DNA from: Vicugna vicugna
Lineage: Eukaryota
Reading direction: 5' to 3'
Assembly: GCA_013265495.1 (NCBI GenBank)
Contig: MU059829.1
Span: forward strand, 2,976,001-3,040,000
Length of the DNA stretch: 64,000 nucleotides
A program made the translations under genes and the position numbers. A model generated the notes under the pieces. That model made no database searches and had not been told where the DNA came from. It was given only the letters and a program-made list of their open reading frames with translations. Positions 12,755 to 23,731 of the stretch are shown here, piece by piece. Each line of letters starts with the position of its first letter. The stretch's first letter is position 1.

Positions 12755-14431
12755 GTGTTTAAAAAATATTTCATTCTTCTTTCGACTTAAAACAATCCTT
12801 TGACATAGTGCTGCAATCCCCAGAAAAGGCGGTGTTATGATTCTGAATTCCCTTTAGGCAGATAGTTTCACACCATTATGTGTAATTGCTTTAGAAAAGA
12901 AGTGGTAATGATGCAGTGCCCAGAATAAACAGCTCACTTGTGATTTTGTGAAAGGCTCAGTAAGAGAACAAAATGAAAGAACTCAGTCTTTGCTGATCCA
13001 GCCTGTCTGGGCCCACATGTCAGTCCCAGGGAACACCACCAACAACCATGCATGGAGGGCTTTAAAGAGAGGTGTACACCCACTGGAGATTGCTGTGTAT
13101 ACTGAAAGAGCTTTTCTGCTTCTCAAATTCACTCCCCTCTTCTTTGTTGGATAGAGAAAGTTGTTTGGGGGGAAGATATTTGATGAGAGAATAAAGAGAT
13201 GGAATGGATAAAGCAAGGTCATTCTGAACTAGAGAATTTAATTGAAATACTGAGTTTTGCATAATCTGCTTCCTTAAAGGATATGCATATATGATCTGAA
13301 TGAAAGTTTAAGTTTCGCTTTTACAAAGATTAGTACTTTTTCATGAGACCAGCCTTCCAGAACAAGTTAGTTTCCCAGTCCAGGTCCAAAAAGCCTTAGA
13401 TGATAGAATTCCTAATGCGTGAACAGCTGGAGATTCTGTTCAGAAGAGTGGTTCTGTGCAGAGTTGCCAGTCAGTCTCAGTCCTTCCATGTTGACCAATC
13501 CTGAGCTGTCCACACAGCATCACTGGACACACCATTGTGGATGATGTGCAGTGGTCTTCTCTTACAATATTTCCGCCAGACAGATACCGGAGGGGTAAAT
13601 AGCCCCAGGAGTGCAGAGAAATACCAAATATAAGAGAGTAACTAGCAATTTATGAAATCTGAGTAGTTATTACCTCTGTTTCTAATAGAAGTTTTATTTT
13701 TAAGACTATATGATTTAATCATTGATGATGGCTATGTTGGGCCATGATGATGGCTATGCTGGGCTGTCATCTAGCAAATGTCCTTAATGTTTAACATTGG
13801 CCTCCCACACTGAGTTCTTCACATTTTTTCTGAGATGTGGTAACCAGAATGGAAGAGCATACTCTAAATGTTGACACACTGCAGTTTAAAATGGAAAATA
13901 ATTATTGGTCAGTCCTTGGGGTCAAAATTATTAAGAAGACCTTAAGATTCTCAATCTGTTTCTTGAGTTGTGGTTTGGAATCCTTTGATTTATACATAGA
14001 GCTTAGAGTTGGAAAATCTTACGAATGTTATGAAAATTGTGTGAACAAATCAGGCTGTTTTCTGCAGTTTCTATAAACATTATATGATATCTTGTCCTTA
14101 GAAAGTTTTCATTCTAGATGACAAGATTAAAAAAGAAAAAGATACTTGAAAAACGTTTAAAACTACCTCAACCCTTCTGGAATAATATACTTAGAAAGTA
14201 ATAAAAGAAGTTTTTTTTTCTTTAAGGTTTTATTTAACCAGTTGTGTTTTTGCTTTTGAATTATTACAGTTTCTTTCTCACCAAAAACACAATGAAACCA
14301 AAAATGTATCATCATAAACTTTCTGGTATGATTGGTACCATAAGAAAAGGATGAAAATAAATCATTTATACAGGCTGAAAACTTTGTTGAGTACACAGGA
14401 AATAAAAATTTACTATTTCAAAAACACTAGA

Positions 14432-14603
14432 TGGGGGAGGGTATAGCTCAGTGGGAGAGCATGTGCTTAGCATGCATGACGTCCTGGGTTCATTCCCCAT
14501 CCATTAAAAATAAATTAAATAAATCTAATTACCTCCCCCCAAAAATAAAACCAAAAAAAAATGGACTTTTGAACCATACACCACATCAGACAAGGAAAAA
14601 AAA
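14432..14603 (+). mobile_element. Camelid tRNA-derived SINE (vic-1-like)
   Basis: gggggagggtatagctcagtgggagagcatgtgcttagcatgc...gtcctgggttcattcccc. Pol III box A TAGCTCAGTGG at 14444-14454 and box B GGTTCATTCC at 14487-14496. AATAAA-rich tail and ctaattacctcccccc motif. TSD aaaaacacYaga at 14420-14431 / 14604-14615. Confidence 0.9.
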
Positions 14604-14901
14604 AAAAACACCAGAAAAATAGCTGGAATGCTTTTTAAAGGCCCAAGGCTGGAATACAGCATCCTTACAGCCTGGCTGTGTGTCATGGCTCCCCATTTAC
14701 AATGGCAAACTGTCTTCTGAGGTTGGGCACAAAATACAATCCAACATTTTCTGACAAAGGTGTGTATATGGTGATATTTGGGCAAGGGCTGCTATAGCAT
14801 ATGGTCTCCTCTCCACCACTCTTACTTTGCTGAAACTGGTTTAAAATCCAGTCCTTTGTGTATAGCAAGTTCTCTTTCCAAGTCCCATTTTTCAGGTTGA
14901 A

Positions 14902-14987
14902 ATGGTAATAATGATTTTGATGATAATGATGACAATGGTGGTGATGATGGTAGTGATGATAGTGATAGTGATGATGATATTGGTTAT
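14902..14987. repeat. Imperfect (GAT/GGT)n trinucleotide array running into an N gap
   Basis: atggtaataatgattttgatgataatgatgacaatggtggtgatgatggtagtgatgatagtgat...; a 10-nt island gtggtggtgg at 15265-15274 lies between two N runs. Confidence 0.85.
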
Positions 14988-15440
14988 NNNNNNNNNNNNN
15001 NNNNNNNNNNNNNNNNNNNNNNNNNNNNNNNNNNNNNNNNNNNNNNNNNNNNNNNNNNNNNNNNNNNNNNNNNNNNNNNNNNNNNNNNNNNNNNNNNNNN
15101 NNNNNNNNNNNNNNNNNNNNNNNNNNNNNNNNNNNNNNNNNNNNNNNNNNNNNNNNNNNNNNNNNNNNNNNNNNNNNNNNNNNNNNNNNNNNNNNNNNNN
15201 NNNNNNNNNNNNNNNNNNNNNNNNNNNNNNNNNNNNNNNNNNNNNNNNNNNNNNNNNNNNNNNNGTGGTGGTGGNNNNNNNNNNNNNNNNNNNNNNNNNN
15301 NNNNNNNNNNNNNNNNNNNNNNNNNNNNNNNNNNNNNNNNNNNNNNNNNNNNNNNNNNNNNNNNNNNNNNNNNNNNNNNNNNNNNNNNNNNNNNNNNNNN
15401 NNNNNNNNNNNNNNNNNNNNNNNNNNNNNNNNNNNNNNNN
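14988..15440. other. Assembly gap or masked block (N at 14988-15264 and 15275-15440)
   Basis: Runs of n in the sequence. Confidence 0.99.
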
Positions 15441-17094
15441 TACAAGTTTGGAATTATTGCTGTTCTTTTGGGTTACACAATCAAGGGAGGCTCTTTACTT
15501 GGAAATTTTGTTTTCATATCTTAGATTCATAGGACATTATTTCTCTAAAGAAGTTAAAATTTTATAGTCCATTTGAGAATGTTATTTTATGCCATATGAT
15601 TTTACTCCCTAGTTCTACTGTGTATTAGGAATTCAAGATGTTTACCGATATTTTTTCATAAGGGTGTTAAGGGAATTAATATAATAGAGTTTGCAGTTGA
15701 TTCGCACTTGTTTGAAAAGCCCATACTGTTAATGAAAACAGCACTGTTTTCTTGTTACCTGCTTTACCACATCACCACTACCTTTCTCCTGCAGTGGGAG
15801 ATCCCAAAGGGATTGATTCATGGTTTATTCTTCTTTGCAAAGAAGAGAAAATAGAGGGGTGGGTGGTTAAGAAAATACCTGCTAACTGGAAGGCTTCTGT
15901 TTGTGTGTTTCAGAGATTTAAAAACTAAATAAAGTTTCAGATAACCATAGAAGAATTACAAACCTGAAGCAACTTACTAGTGTCCTCCCACCAAAAAAAA
16001 AAAAAACAAACCCTGTCAGGGCATTGGGTAGTTAATCAATTTTTTTTTGTAATAGCACCTATTTGGTAATTAATCACCAAAGGTGATCATCTCTCTAATA
16101 GTCTTCATTGTCCATTTCTCAAAAAGCTTTAGGAAACAATAGTTACAATTTTACTTACCTGGACCTCCCTGCCATGCCACAGGAAATAATTTTGCCTTTT
16201 AGCACTGGTTTCCTGGAACTGTAAAAAGTTACATTTCATTTCAAGAATTTATGTGCTATTTGTATAAATTGTTCTTAAATACTTAAAGTAGCATTTAGGA
16301 AATTAGACTAATTTAAAGTGGATGTAACCACTCCATGTTCAATTTATTGGCAATGTTCTAAAGACCTAAAATTAAAAGAATATACTATGAGTGTTAAGTC
16401 ATTTAGCATTTGAAAGTTATATTTTAATATGTATTATTTAATAGGTCTAGAATGGAATTATTAATACAAAGAGCAAAACAAGTGGCATTCAAAATAATCC
16501 CCCCAGAATTGGTGGGAAATCCTTGAAGTCACAGGCAAGAATAAATTTGTTGAAAAGTTTTAATTAATTTTTTTAAAAAAGCTATAATGAAAACATGCTC
16601 ATTTAAACATTACTGAAATTCACTTTTAAGATCAGAAAGATGTAAAAACAAAGAGCAATTCTTACTAAGGAAATTTACGTAAATTAAGTAGTTACTGCAG
16701 TAAACCTATGTGCAAGATGAACCGTTCATACATGCAATCATCAGTAAGACAAAAATTCATTTCACTACACTATTTCACATGTTTACCGTTTGTTTTTAAT
16801 TAAATAGATGTCATTTTTGAACCAGGTTTACATAGAAATTGGCTTTGATGTTACATTGTGAGAGAGACAACCCACTCAAGGTTTTGAATCCCTCTTTAGT
16901 TTTAATAACAGTAGGGTTGTTGGCGTGACTCTCACTCTTAACACACCTCTGTGTGGCTCTGTGTTAGTTTGGCTCTGGATGTTTTCAGGTGGGAGAGTCG
17001 TTACTGCTGTTCTCAATCCAAAATTCCTCTTTACATGATGTATAAGATGTATTTACCACTAATCAACAACTGAATATTCTTTCTCCCCTCCAGA

Positions 17095-17174
17095 AAGAAA
17101 GAGAGGGGGAGAGAGAAAAAAAGAGAGAGAGGAAGAAAGGAAGGAAGAGAGAGAGGCAGGGAGGGAGGGGGGAA
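17095..17174. repeat. Polypurine (GA/GGAA) low-complexity tract
   Basis: gaaagaaagagagggggagagagaaaaaaagagagagaggaagaaaggaaggaagagagagaggcagggagggaggggggaaa. Confidence 0.85.
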
Positions 17175-17379
17175 ATTTCCAAAGAAAATCCCAAATGAGT
17201 GTAAAGGAAATTTTGTTTATAGTTTGTACTGTTTTTATTTTAAAGTCTTTCTACACTTTTGAGTCCCCAGGTGATCTATTTCTAGTGTCATCCTTGTCTC
17301 ATCAAGAGAATTTGTTACAATTCCTGAAAAACAACATATGAAAGTTTCTTAGACATTTTTTAAATGCTTCTGACTTTCT

Positions 17380-17830
17380 CTTGCCTCAGGGCCTTGGAAC
17401 AGGACGCCCCTCTGGCCTGGCTGCTCCTCCTCCGCCCACACCCTCAGCACCCTGGGGGGCTCTGGTCCTTAGCAGCAGCTGTCGCCCAGCTCCTCACCAC
17501 TCCATTGCCTCCTCTGAGTGCTACCTCTGTGCCCCACAAGTCCTGTTCCCTTGTCCAAATTTCCTCCTGCACCACATGCCCCACATGCATATGTGGGTGG
17601 CTCTGACTTATGATGGAACCTTAATTTCTTGTTAGTAAATGAAAAGTGACTGCATTAGTGGGTTAGGTGGGTGACCCCCTAGAGGGGTTATCCAAATATC
17701 ACCTACCTGAAATTCCCTTCCTGTGCCTGGCGGTTCCCCACATCTACCCTTTGAGGCCAGTTTCTTTGGGATTTAAAGATGTTTCTGTCCTTATTAAGTG
17801 CTCAATAAATATTTTCAATGAATGGGTGAT
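17380..17830 (+). mobile_element. Degraded L2 fragments
   Basis: ttgcctcagggccttggaacaggacgcccctctggcctgg (L2 body motif) and taagtgctcaataaatattttcaatgaatgg (L2 3' end). Confidence 0.5.
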
Positions 17831-18232
17831 TGTTACAAAGCATTCATAGAACTTACCCTTTAAAAAAAAACTGTGCTATTTTATCCAATATGCTTTTCAA
17901 GTGTATTGAATGACAGTGGACGAGGCTCATAAAATTAAACTTCATTCTACCTGGTAGAACAAATTATCCAAAATATTTTAAGGTGTCGTAAATAGATTTA
18001 GTTTATCTTCGTGGTACTTTTTAAGAATATAATACTCTTGTGGAGGGCCATTTTGCATCAAGCATTTCATTTTTAATTCCACTCTGATGTTTTCTTATTT
18101 ATTAATTTAAACTTCTAAAGAGAACCTATTGCATATCCATTTGCGAGCCCAAAAATGTCTTCTTGTGTTTTATGATGTGTACGTAGGAAAAGCATTAGCA
18201 GTATTTATAGTTTTAATCCCATTCAGCCAAAG

Positions 18233-18272
18233 TAGTTGTTATTACTGTTGTTGTTGTTGTTGTTGTTATTAT
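18233..18272. repeat. (GTT/ATT)n trinucleotide repeat
   Basis: gtagttgttattactgttgttgttgttgttgttgttattatta. Confidence 0.8.
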
Positions 18273-20189
18273 TACACAACTTGTTTTTAAAGTGAAATAG
18301 AAGTTTGGACTATTTTTAATATCCTTCGTGTTGCAAAACATGGTGTTTTTGTAGGCAACTGGGAACGCGTGGCTCAGAAGGTCATGCAGGGTAGAAAGAA
18401 GACACCCGGGGCTGCATGCACTTCACGTCCAAGTAACACCGCATGGGTGGTGTGCGAGTGGGTTATGTTACCCTGGGTGGGCCAAGAAAACAAGAGAAAG
18501 TGTGAAATGCAGAGAAGAATGAGATAAGATGCAGAAAAACCATGTCAAAAACATCAAGGAAGGAGAAGCGCGAACAAGGGAAGGTGTTAAACATGCCAAG
18601 GGCCGGAGGCTCTGTCGTCGACTGGAAAGATGACAACAGATTTGGTGTAAATGAGAAAATGGCAAGTGTAAATGTGGAGCCCAAACAGGATTTCTCCTTA
18701 ACAATACCTCCTTCTCTCTCTTCATTGTTCTTTTATTCTCTTCACTGGAAGAAAGCACTTCTTAATGTTCCAGACTTTTTTTTTGTGCGCACAAGTGGGT
18801 TGACATTGCATCCGTTTTTATCAGGACTTGGCATTAAAAATTCTGAGCCAGCAAGGCCCCAGTGAGTATGCCTGCTTTCCAAATTAACGTTGAAGGGAAT
18901 GTCCAGTCTCCAGAAGGGCCTCACTCTTTGTTTATGAAAGGTTATCACAAGTGAAATGTCTACATCGTTACCCAGACAGTCTCAAATATGTTCCTTTTTT
19001 TTTTTTTAAATTGTTGGTTGTACAAAAGCTCTTGAGTGGAGCTTTCCTGGAGGTGAGTGATTTCCACTTATAATCAGTTTTCATGCAACCGTTGTGAGCA
19101 AGAGTGTCAGAGAAAAAGTCAGTGAATTTAAGCAAGGCCCCCAGTGTGGTGGTGTTATCGCCTGCCAACAGCGAGGCCAGTTTGGAAACTGGGTTACGTT
19201 CAAGTGGCCGCAGGGCACATGGCTGTGAGAAGGGGCCACCGTCAGCTCAGCACACACGTCTGCAGGGCCTGGTGGGAACGCCGAGGTTGTCACCGGAGAG
19301 CAAGCACATACACGGCAACTGTGCAACACCAGGAACCGGGCTGCCATCGTGATTCCGGCCTACTTCAAATTGTTTTCCCTTCTTTTGCTGCTTACATATC
19401 CCAAAGCATAATGGAGCTAACATGCCAAAGCAGGAGCTTCCTATAGGAGTTACGTTTACATTTTTGGTTGTCAAATACTAGGTTTAGAATTGTCTGTTCT
19501 CATAAAATCACATCTTCAGAAAGTTTTATGAAAGCCCGAAGGCAGATTTCCCCTTCAGTACACAAATGTCAAACGGGTTTATTCTGGCCTGTGGCAGACT
19601 TACTCTTATTTTACCAAATTATGCCTTTTCCTTTTATTAGGAAGATTTATTTATTTACTGTATACATGTTCACATGACATAGATTTCAAAGAGTCAAAGC
19701 GTTTTTACATAAGAATAACACAAAACTAACAAACAGACCAAAACAATGCTAGACTCCAAGCAGATAAAAACATAAGAAGAAAAGGAAGTAGCATAGAAAC
19801 TGAAACCTTTAAGCGTTTTGTCTACAAGTGATCATACTTAGTGCCAGTTTGAGGAGGGTCCCTCCAGGTCCGGACCTTGCTGCTGCTTCCGTCCTCTGAA
19901 TGGTTTCCGTTAACTGTGGACGTTAGGTGCAGAAGGATGGCTCTGACACGCTCTGCAAGGCCAAGCCCGACTGTCCCCAGCCCCCTTGGTACCCTCGTCC
20001 TGCTGGGGGCACAGCCTGGAGAGTGAGTCTTTCTGAAAACATTGGCGGGCGTCTGCATGACTGTGTAATTTGGCTGTTGGCGTGGATTAGCTCAGTCTGA
20101 GTTATCAGAAATTCTGTGACCATCCACGTAACGCAAGAGCACCGCTCGCCCCTGTAGATTCCCTGTCTTCTCTACCCAGGAATTTTTTC

Positions 20190-20378
20190 CCATCTCACTT
20201 ACCAGGATCTGTCAAATCATATCTTTCCTTGTTTATCTGCACATTACCCATCACTCTCCAGTAGGTTACGACCTTCTAGTAGACAGGGACCGTGTATATT
20301 CGGGGCCCTGAGGGACTGCAGCCCCAGGCCAGCACCAGCTCAGCCTTTCAGTAAGTACATTCCGGAAGGAATGGATGT
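20190..20378 (+). mobile_element. Degraded L2 3' end
   Basis: cttgtttatctgcac...cagtaggttacgaccttctagtagacagggaccgtgt...cagtaagtacattccggaaggaatggatg. Confidence 0.5.
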
Positions 20379-21608
20379 ATCTGCTAGATTCATGATTTTA
20401 TAGTTGAAAGCTCCTTGGCCAGCACTGTGTTCTGGACTTGAATTTCATGTAAGCAGAGACGTCATTCCCACAAGCCTTCTCAGGGGTGTTCAATAGGCTG
20501 ACTTATTTCTGAGATCTTGTTTTCAAGATATTAAAATGCTAATTCATTCCTCTTCATCAAATGGTTATTCATGATGGAACACAAATGCTTCCAACTTCGA
20601 GCACTGATATTCTGGTACACATTTTACATACATATCTTTTTTGTTACTTATCTCCTAGTTCAAAAATACTAAGATTAAGACACAATACTGACAAAACTAA
20701 TGCACATAGTATTTCACCATTTCCCCTATTATATTTGCAAATATATTCAGGAATATAAATTGCAGTGTTTTTATAACCCTTTACCAAATCCAACATTACT
20801 TTACATATTTTATGTAATATATGTAATACAGGTTTATGTAATATATGTAAAATAATCTGTTTCATTATGTAGGATATATATATATATATAAGATTAACAG
20901 GAAATACATTGCTCTTTTTAAAATCATTGTAATAAATGTTTTATTTACCTCATTTTTAAGTAAATATGACATAAAGCCTTTAAACCATTGTGTAATAGTA
21001 GCATACCTTTATCTGATCAATTAAATATATTTTGATCTGGTTCTTTGTAAACCCAAAAGGTCACAGAACACGCAGGCTCATACACATAGAAAATTTCTTT
21101 CTGAGGCAAGAAAAATAACCGTGTGACATACATCATACTCCACAGAATTTCTGCTATTGTCAACAAAAGCACATAGCTCAAATTCTCAAAACATTTGCTT
21201 GAAACGAAAATGTCACATGGACCTCAAGGCTAGAAGTTCTAAAAAATGGAAAATAAATCTAAAAAACAACACACTTACTCAGTGTTCACTGAATTTAGTT
21301 TTTAAATTTTGTTTTAAATTGTCAGAGAAAATATCTGAAACTGTCAATTTTAATTGCAGAAAAGCAAACATATATTTTTCTGCAATATTTCTAGACTGTG
21401 TATATAAATACATATATATGTATTTTTTTGACATGGAAACTTTTGATACTGGGTGGTAATAAGTGATGCCCTCAAGAGCTTTCGAGTTATAAAGCTTGTT
21501 TCTCCTAAACTGAATATTCCATTTTGCTGCAATGCTCTGATCCCTCCACATTTCCCCAGACTCTATATAACTCTGCCTGTACCACCCTCAATTTTAATCC
21601 TTTCCTTT

Positions 21609-22241
21609 TGTGTCCTCCCTGCACCCCTGGGTGAACCTGGGCTCTTTGAGGACTAGGCAGTGCTTGCTCATGTGTGTACCACGTCGGAGGCAGCGTTGGT
21701 GTGGATACCTCTGGTTTCAGTTAATTGATTACACTTGTGGTTTATATGTTTTGGCCTTTCCTCCCATGACTGTTCTCCATTGCTCATGTAATGTCCTCAT
21801 TAACGCCCCACTCACATTTACACATTTCCATGTGATGTGCTGTTTTAGGGTTAACTCTGTTAGGACAGTTGCAGATAGGTTTTTGGGAGTAAAACGGTGA
21901 GATCTGTTCCATGGTTTCTGTGTTATGTGTCCTCCCTGCACCCCTGGGTGAACCTGGGCTCTTTGAAGACTAGGCAGTGCTTGCTCATGTGTGTACCACG
22001 TCGGGGGCAGCGTTGGTGTGGATACCTCTGGTTTCAGTTAATTGATTACATTTGTGGTTTATATGTTTTGGCCTTTCCTCCCATGACTGTTCTCCATTGC
22101 TCATGTAATGTCCTCATTAACGCCCCACTCACATTTACACATTTCCATGTGATGTGCTGTTTTAGGGTTAACTCTGTTAGGACAGTTGCAGATAGGTTTT
22201 TGGGAGTAAAACGGTGAGATCTGTTCCATGGTTTCTGTGTT
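21609..22241. repeat. Head-to-tail tandem duplication with 317-bp period (21609-21924 and 21926-22241)
   Basis: Base-by-base comparison shows 3 substitutions (21650 g / 21967 a; 21688 a / 22005 g; 21734 c / 22051 t) and a single a at the junction (21925). Confidence 0.98.
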
Positions 22242-22389
22242 TCCCACATAGACCTGTCTCATTTACCCCAACGGCTAATCTGGTAGCCGTTTTCTCAGTG
22301 ACTGCAGTCCCTAGAAATCTGTTTTGGATAAGTGTGTTAATGCCCTATGTCTTCTTTGTTTTTATGCTCTCAGAGTTAGGAGTGTCTCC

Positions 22390-22810
22390 CTGCAAGTAGC
22401 AGGATTTTGTTTCTCTCAGCATCAGGAAGTCTGAAGACAGGAATCCTGTGTTGTTTCAATAGCTCAGTTACATCAAGTGTCAGGTCAACTTCCTAAGTGT
22501 TTTCTTGACTTGTGCCTCCTGCTAGGGGACCTCAGACTCCATTCTCCCAGAGCAGTGCCCAGATGCAGTTAAGGGTGGGGTGGGGACTTGTCAGGGAGGA
22601 ACGTTTTCCCAGACGTGCCTCACAGATTTTCCTACACGTCCTGTCCTGCTGGCCAGGATTGTGTCAGACGCTCATGCCCTAAGAGTTGCCGGCTGGCTGG
22701 TGAAGTGAGTCTCTGATGTTTAGATGCTTAAAGTCGTTCTGATAGAAAAAGAGCTGCACCAGCAATGAAAGAAGGGGAGGAGAAAGGCTCCGTGGAGCAA
22801 CCCCAGCTCG
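22390..22810. mobile_element. Old MaLR LTR (MLT1J/K/L-like)
   Basis: ttcccagacgtgcctcacagattttcctacacgtcctgtcctgctggccaggattgtgtcagacgctcatgccctaa resembles the MLT1 core (cccagaagccccccagcagacttcccctcacgtctcattggccagaattgggtcacatgccc). Confidence 0.55.
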
Positions 22811-23711
22811 CCGCCCTCTGCTCCTGCTTGAGCACATAACATTATTTTGGGCATTAGGACTGCGAGGCTGGCACTGTCACTTAGTAAACGCTTCCAGAGC
22901 AGATTTTTCTCCACCAGAGTTTCCTTTTTACTCTCACAGAGCTCTGAACCGTTGTGTGTAAGTGGTCCACGGAGAGAAAAAGAAGAAAAGGCCTGCTTAG
23001 AAAGTGTTTTTTGAGAAAGTCATGCCATACCTTCCCACCCGAAGCCTCATGGTCTTGGCCAGTTGTGGGGAAATGTTTAGGGTTGAGTGCACACACTTTG
23101 GCTTTTCTCTTTCCCTTCCTGTGTCTCAGTGCTGCCTACCATTCTCTCCCGCCCACAGCAGCCCCCTTGTTACCAGTGGGAGGAAGCAGTCTCACCTGGG
23201 CCGCAGGTGTCACCTTCCTCAAGAGACCTTCTTCCCCGACTGCACTGAGTCCACCCACCCCACAATCTTCTGGGAGCGGCTATTTTTGCAGTAAGGGGAT
23301 TTGGACATAGGGTCCAATATATCACGTTCATATTTCCCAGAGGGATTTCCAATTTAAATTTTAGTTTTAGTGGTAGAATAATAGCTATTCCACCAACCCT
23401 CTGCAGGGAGAGGGATTCTGGACTTCGTGGAATAAATGTGAGGGCACTTGGGAGTACCTGGTCGTACCTCTTGTTCCTGGCATCACAGAGAAAAGCTTAT
23501 GCCTGTCTGTTCTCTTGCAAGATGCGATCTATGCATTTCCATCAGTCTCTCTTGGTTCAGTCTTGAAAATGTTCAAAGACTTTGTCTTCTTTTGTGCTGT
23601 CAGAGCCAACCTCTCTTGCTTTCTCACATAATAGCGAGCTGCCTAATTGCAAGTTTATGCTAAGTTATAAATGATTGAGAATGGGCTTACATATAGTAGA
23701 AGCTAGTGTGA

Positions 23712-23731
23712 GTGTGTGTGTGTGTGTGTGT
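23712..23731. repeat. (GT)10 microsatellite
   Basis: Counted directly from the sequence. Confidence 0.9.

Noticed and set aside
12741-12760. Selective loss of AATAAA in sense-oriented L1s (here aatttaaaa; aacaaa near 54975)
   Set aside because: The antisense copy at 57756-57770 has the same aatttaaaaa end, so it is probably a subfamily variant. One remaining case is not evidence.
13723-13833. C/D-box snoRNA (ATGATGA at 13744-13750; CTGA at 13810 and 13830)
   Set aside because: There is no terminal stem. The box-C-like motif comes from a 22-bp tandem duplication (tgatgatggctatgYtgggc, 13723-13766).
14432-14500. tRNA gene (box A and box B present)
   Set aside because: There is no complete acceptor stem, and it continues into an AATAAA/poly(A) tail with a TSD. 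It is a tRNA-derived SINE.
14902-15567. Longest ORF in the track (221 aa), plus 14984..15445 and the 43223-43713 ORFs containing X
   Set aside because: Artefacts of N runs and of a stop-free trinucleotide repeat.
21610-22217. Two similar ORFs (96 and 106 aa) suggesting a duplicated small gene
   Set aside because: They only mirror the 317-bp DNA duplication. There is no recognisable protein, and the first starts at GTG.
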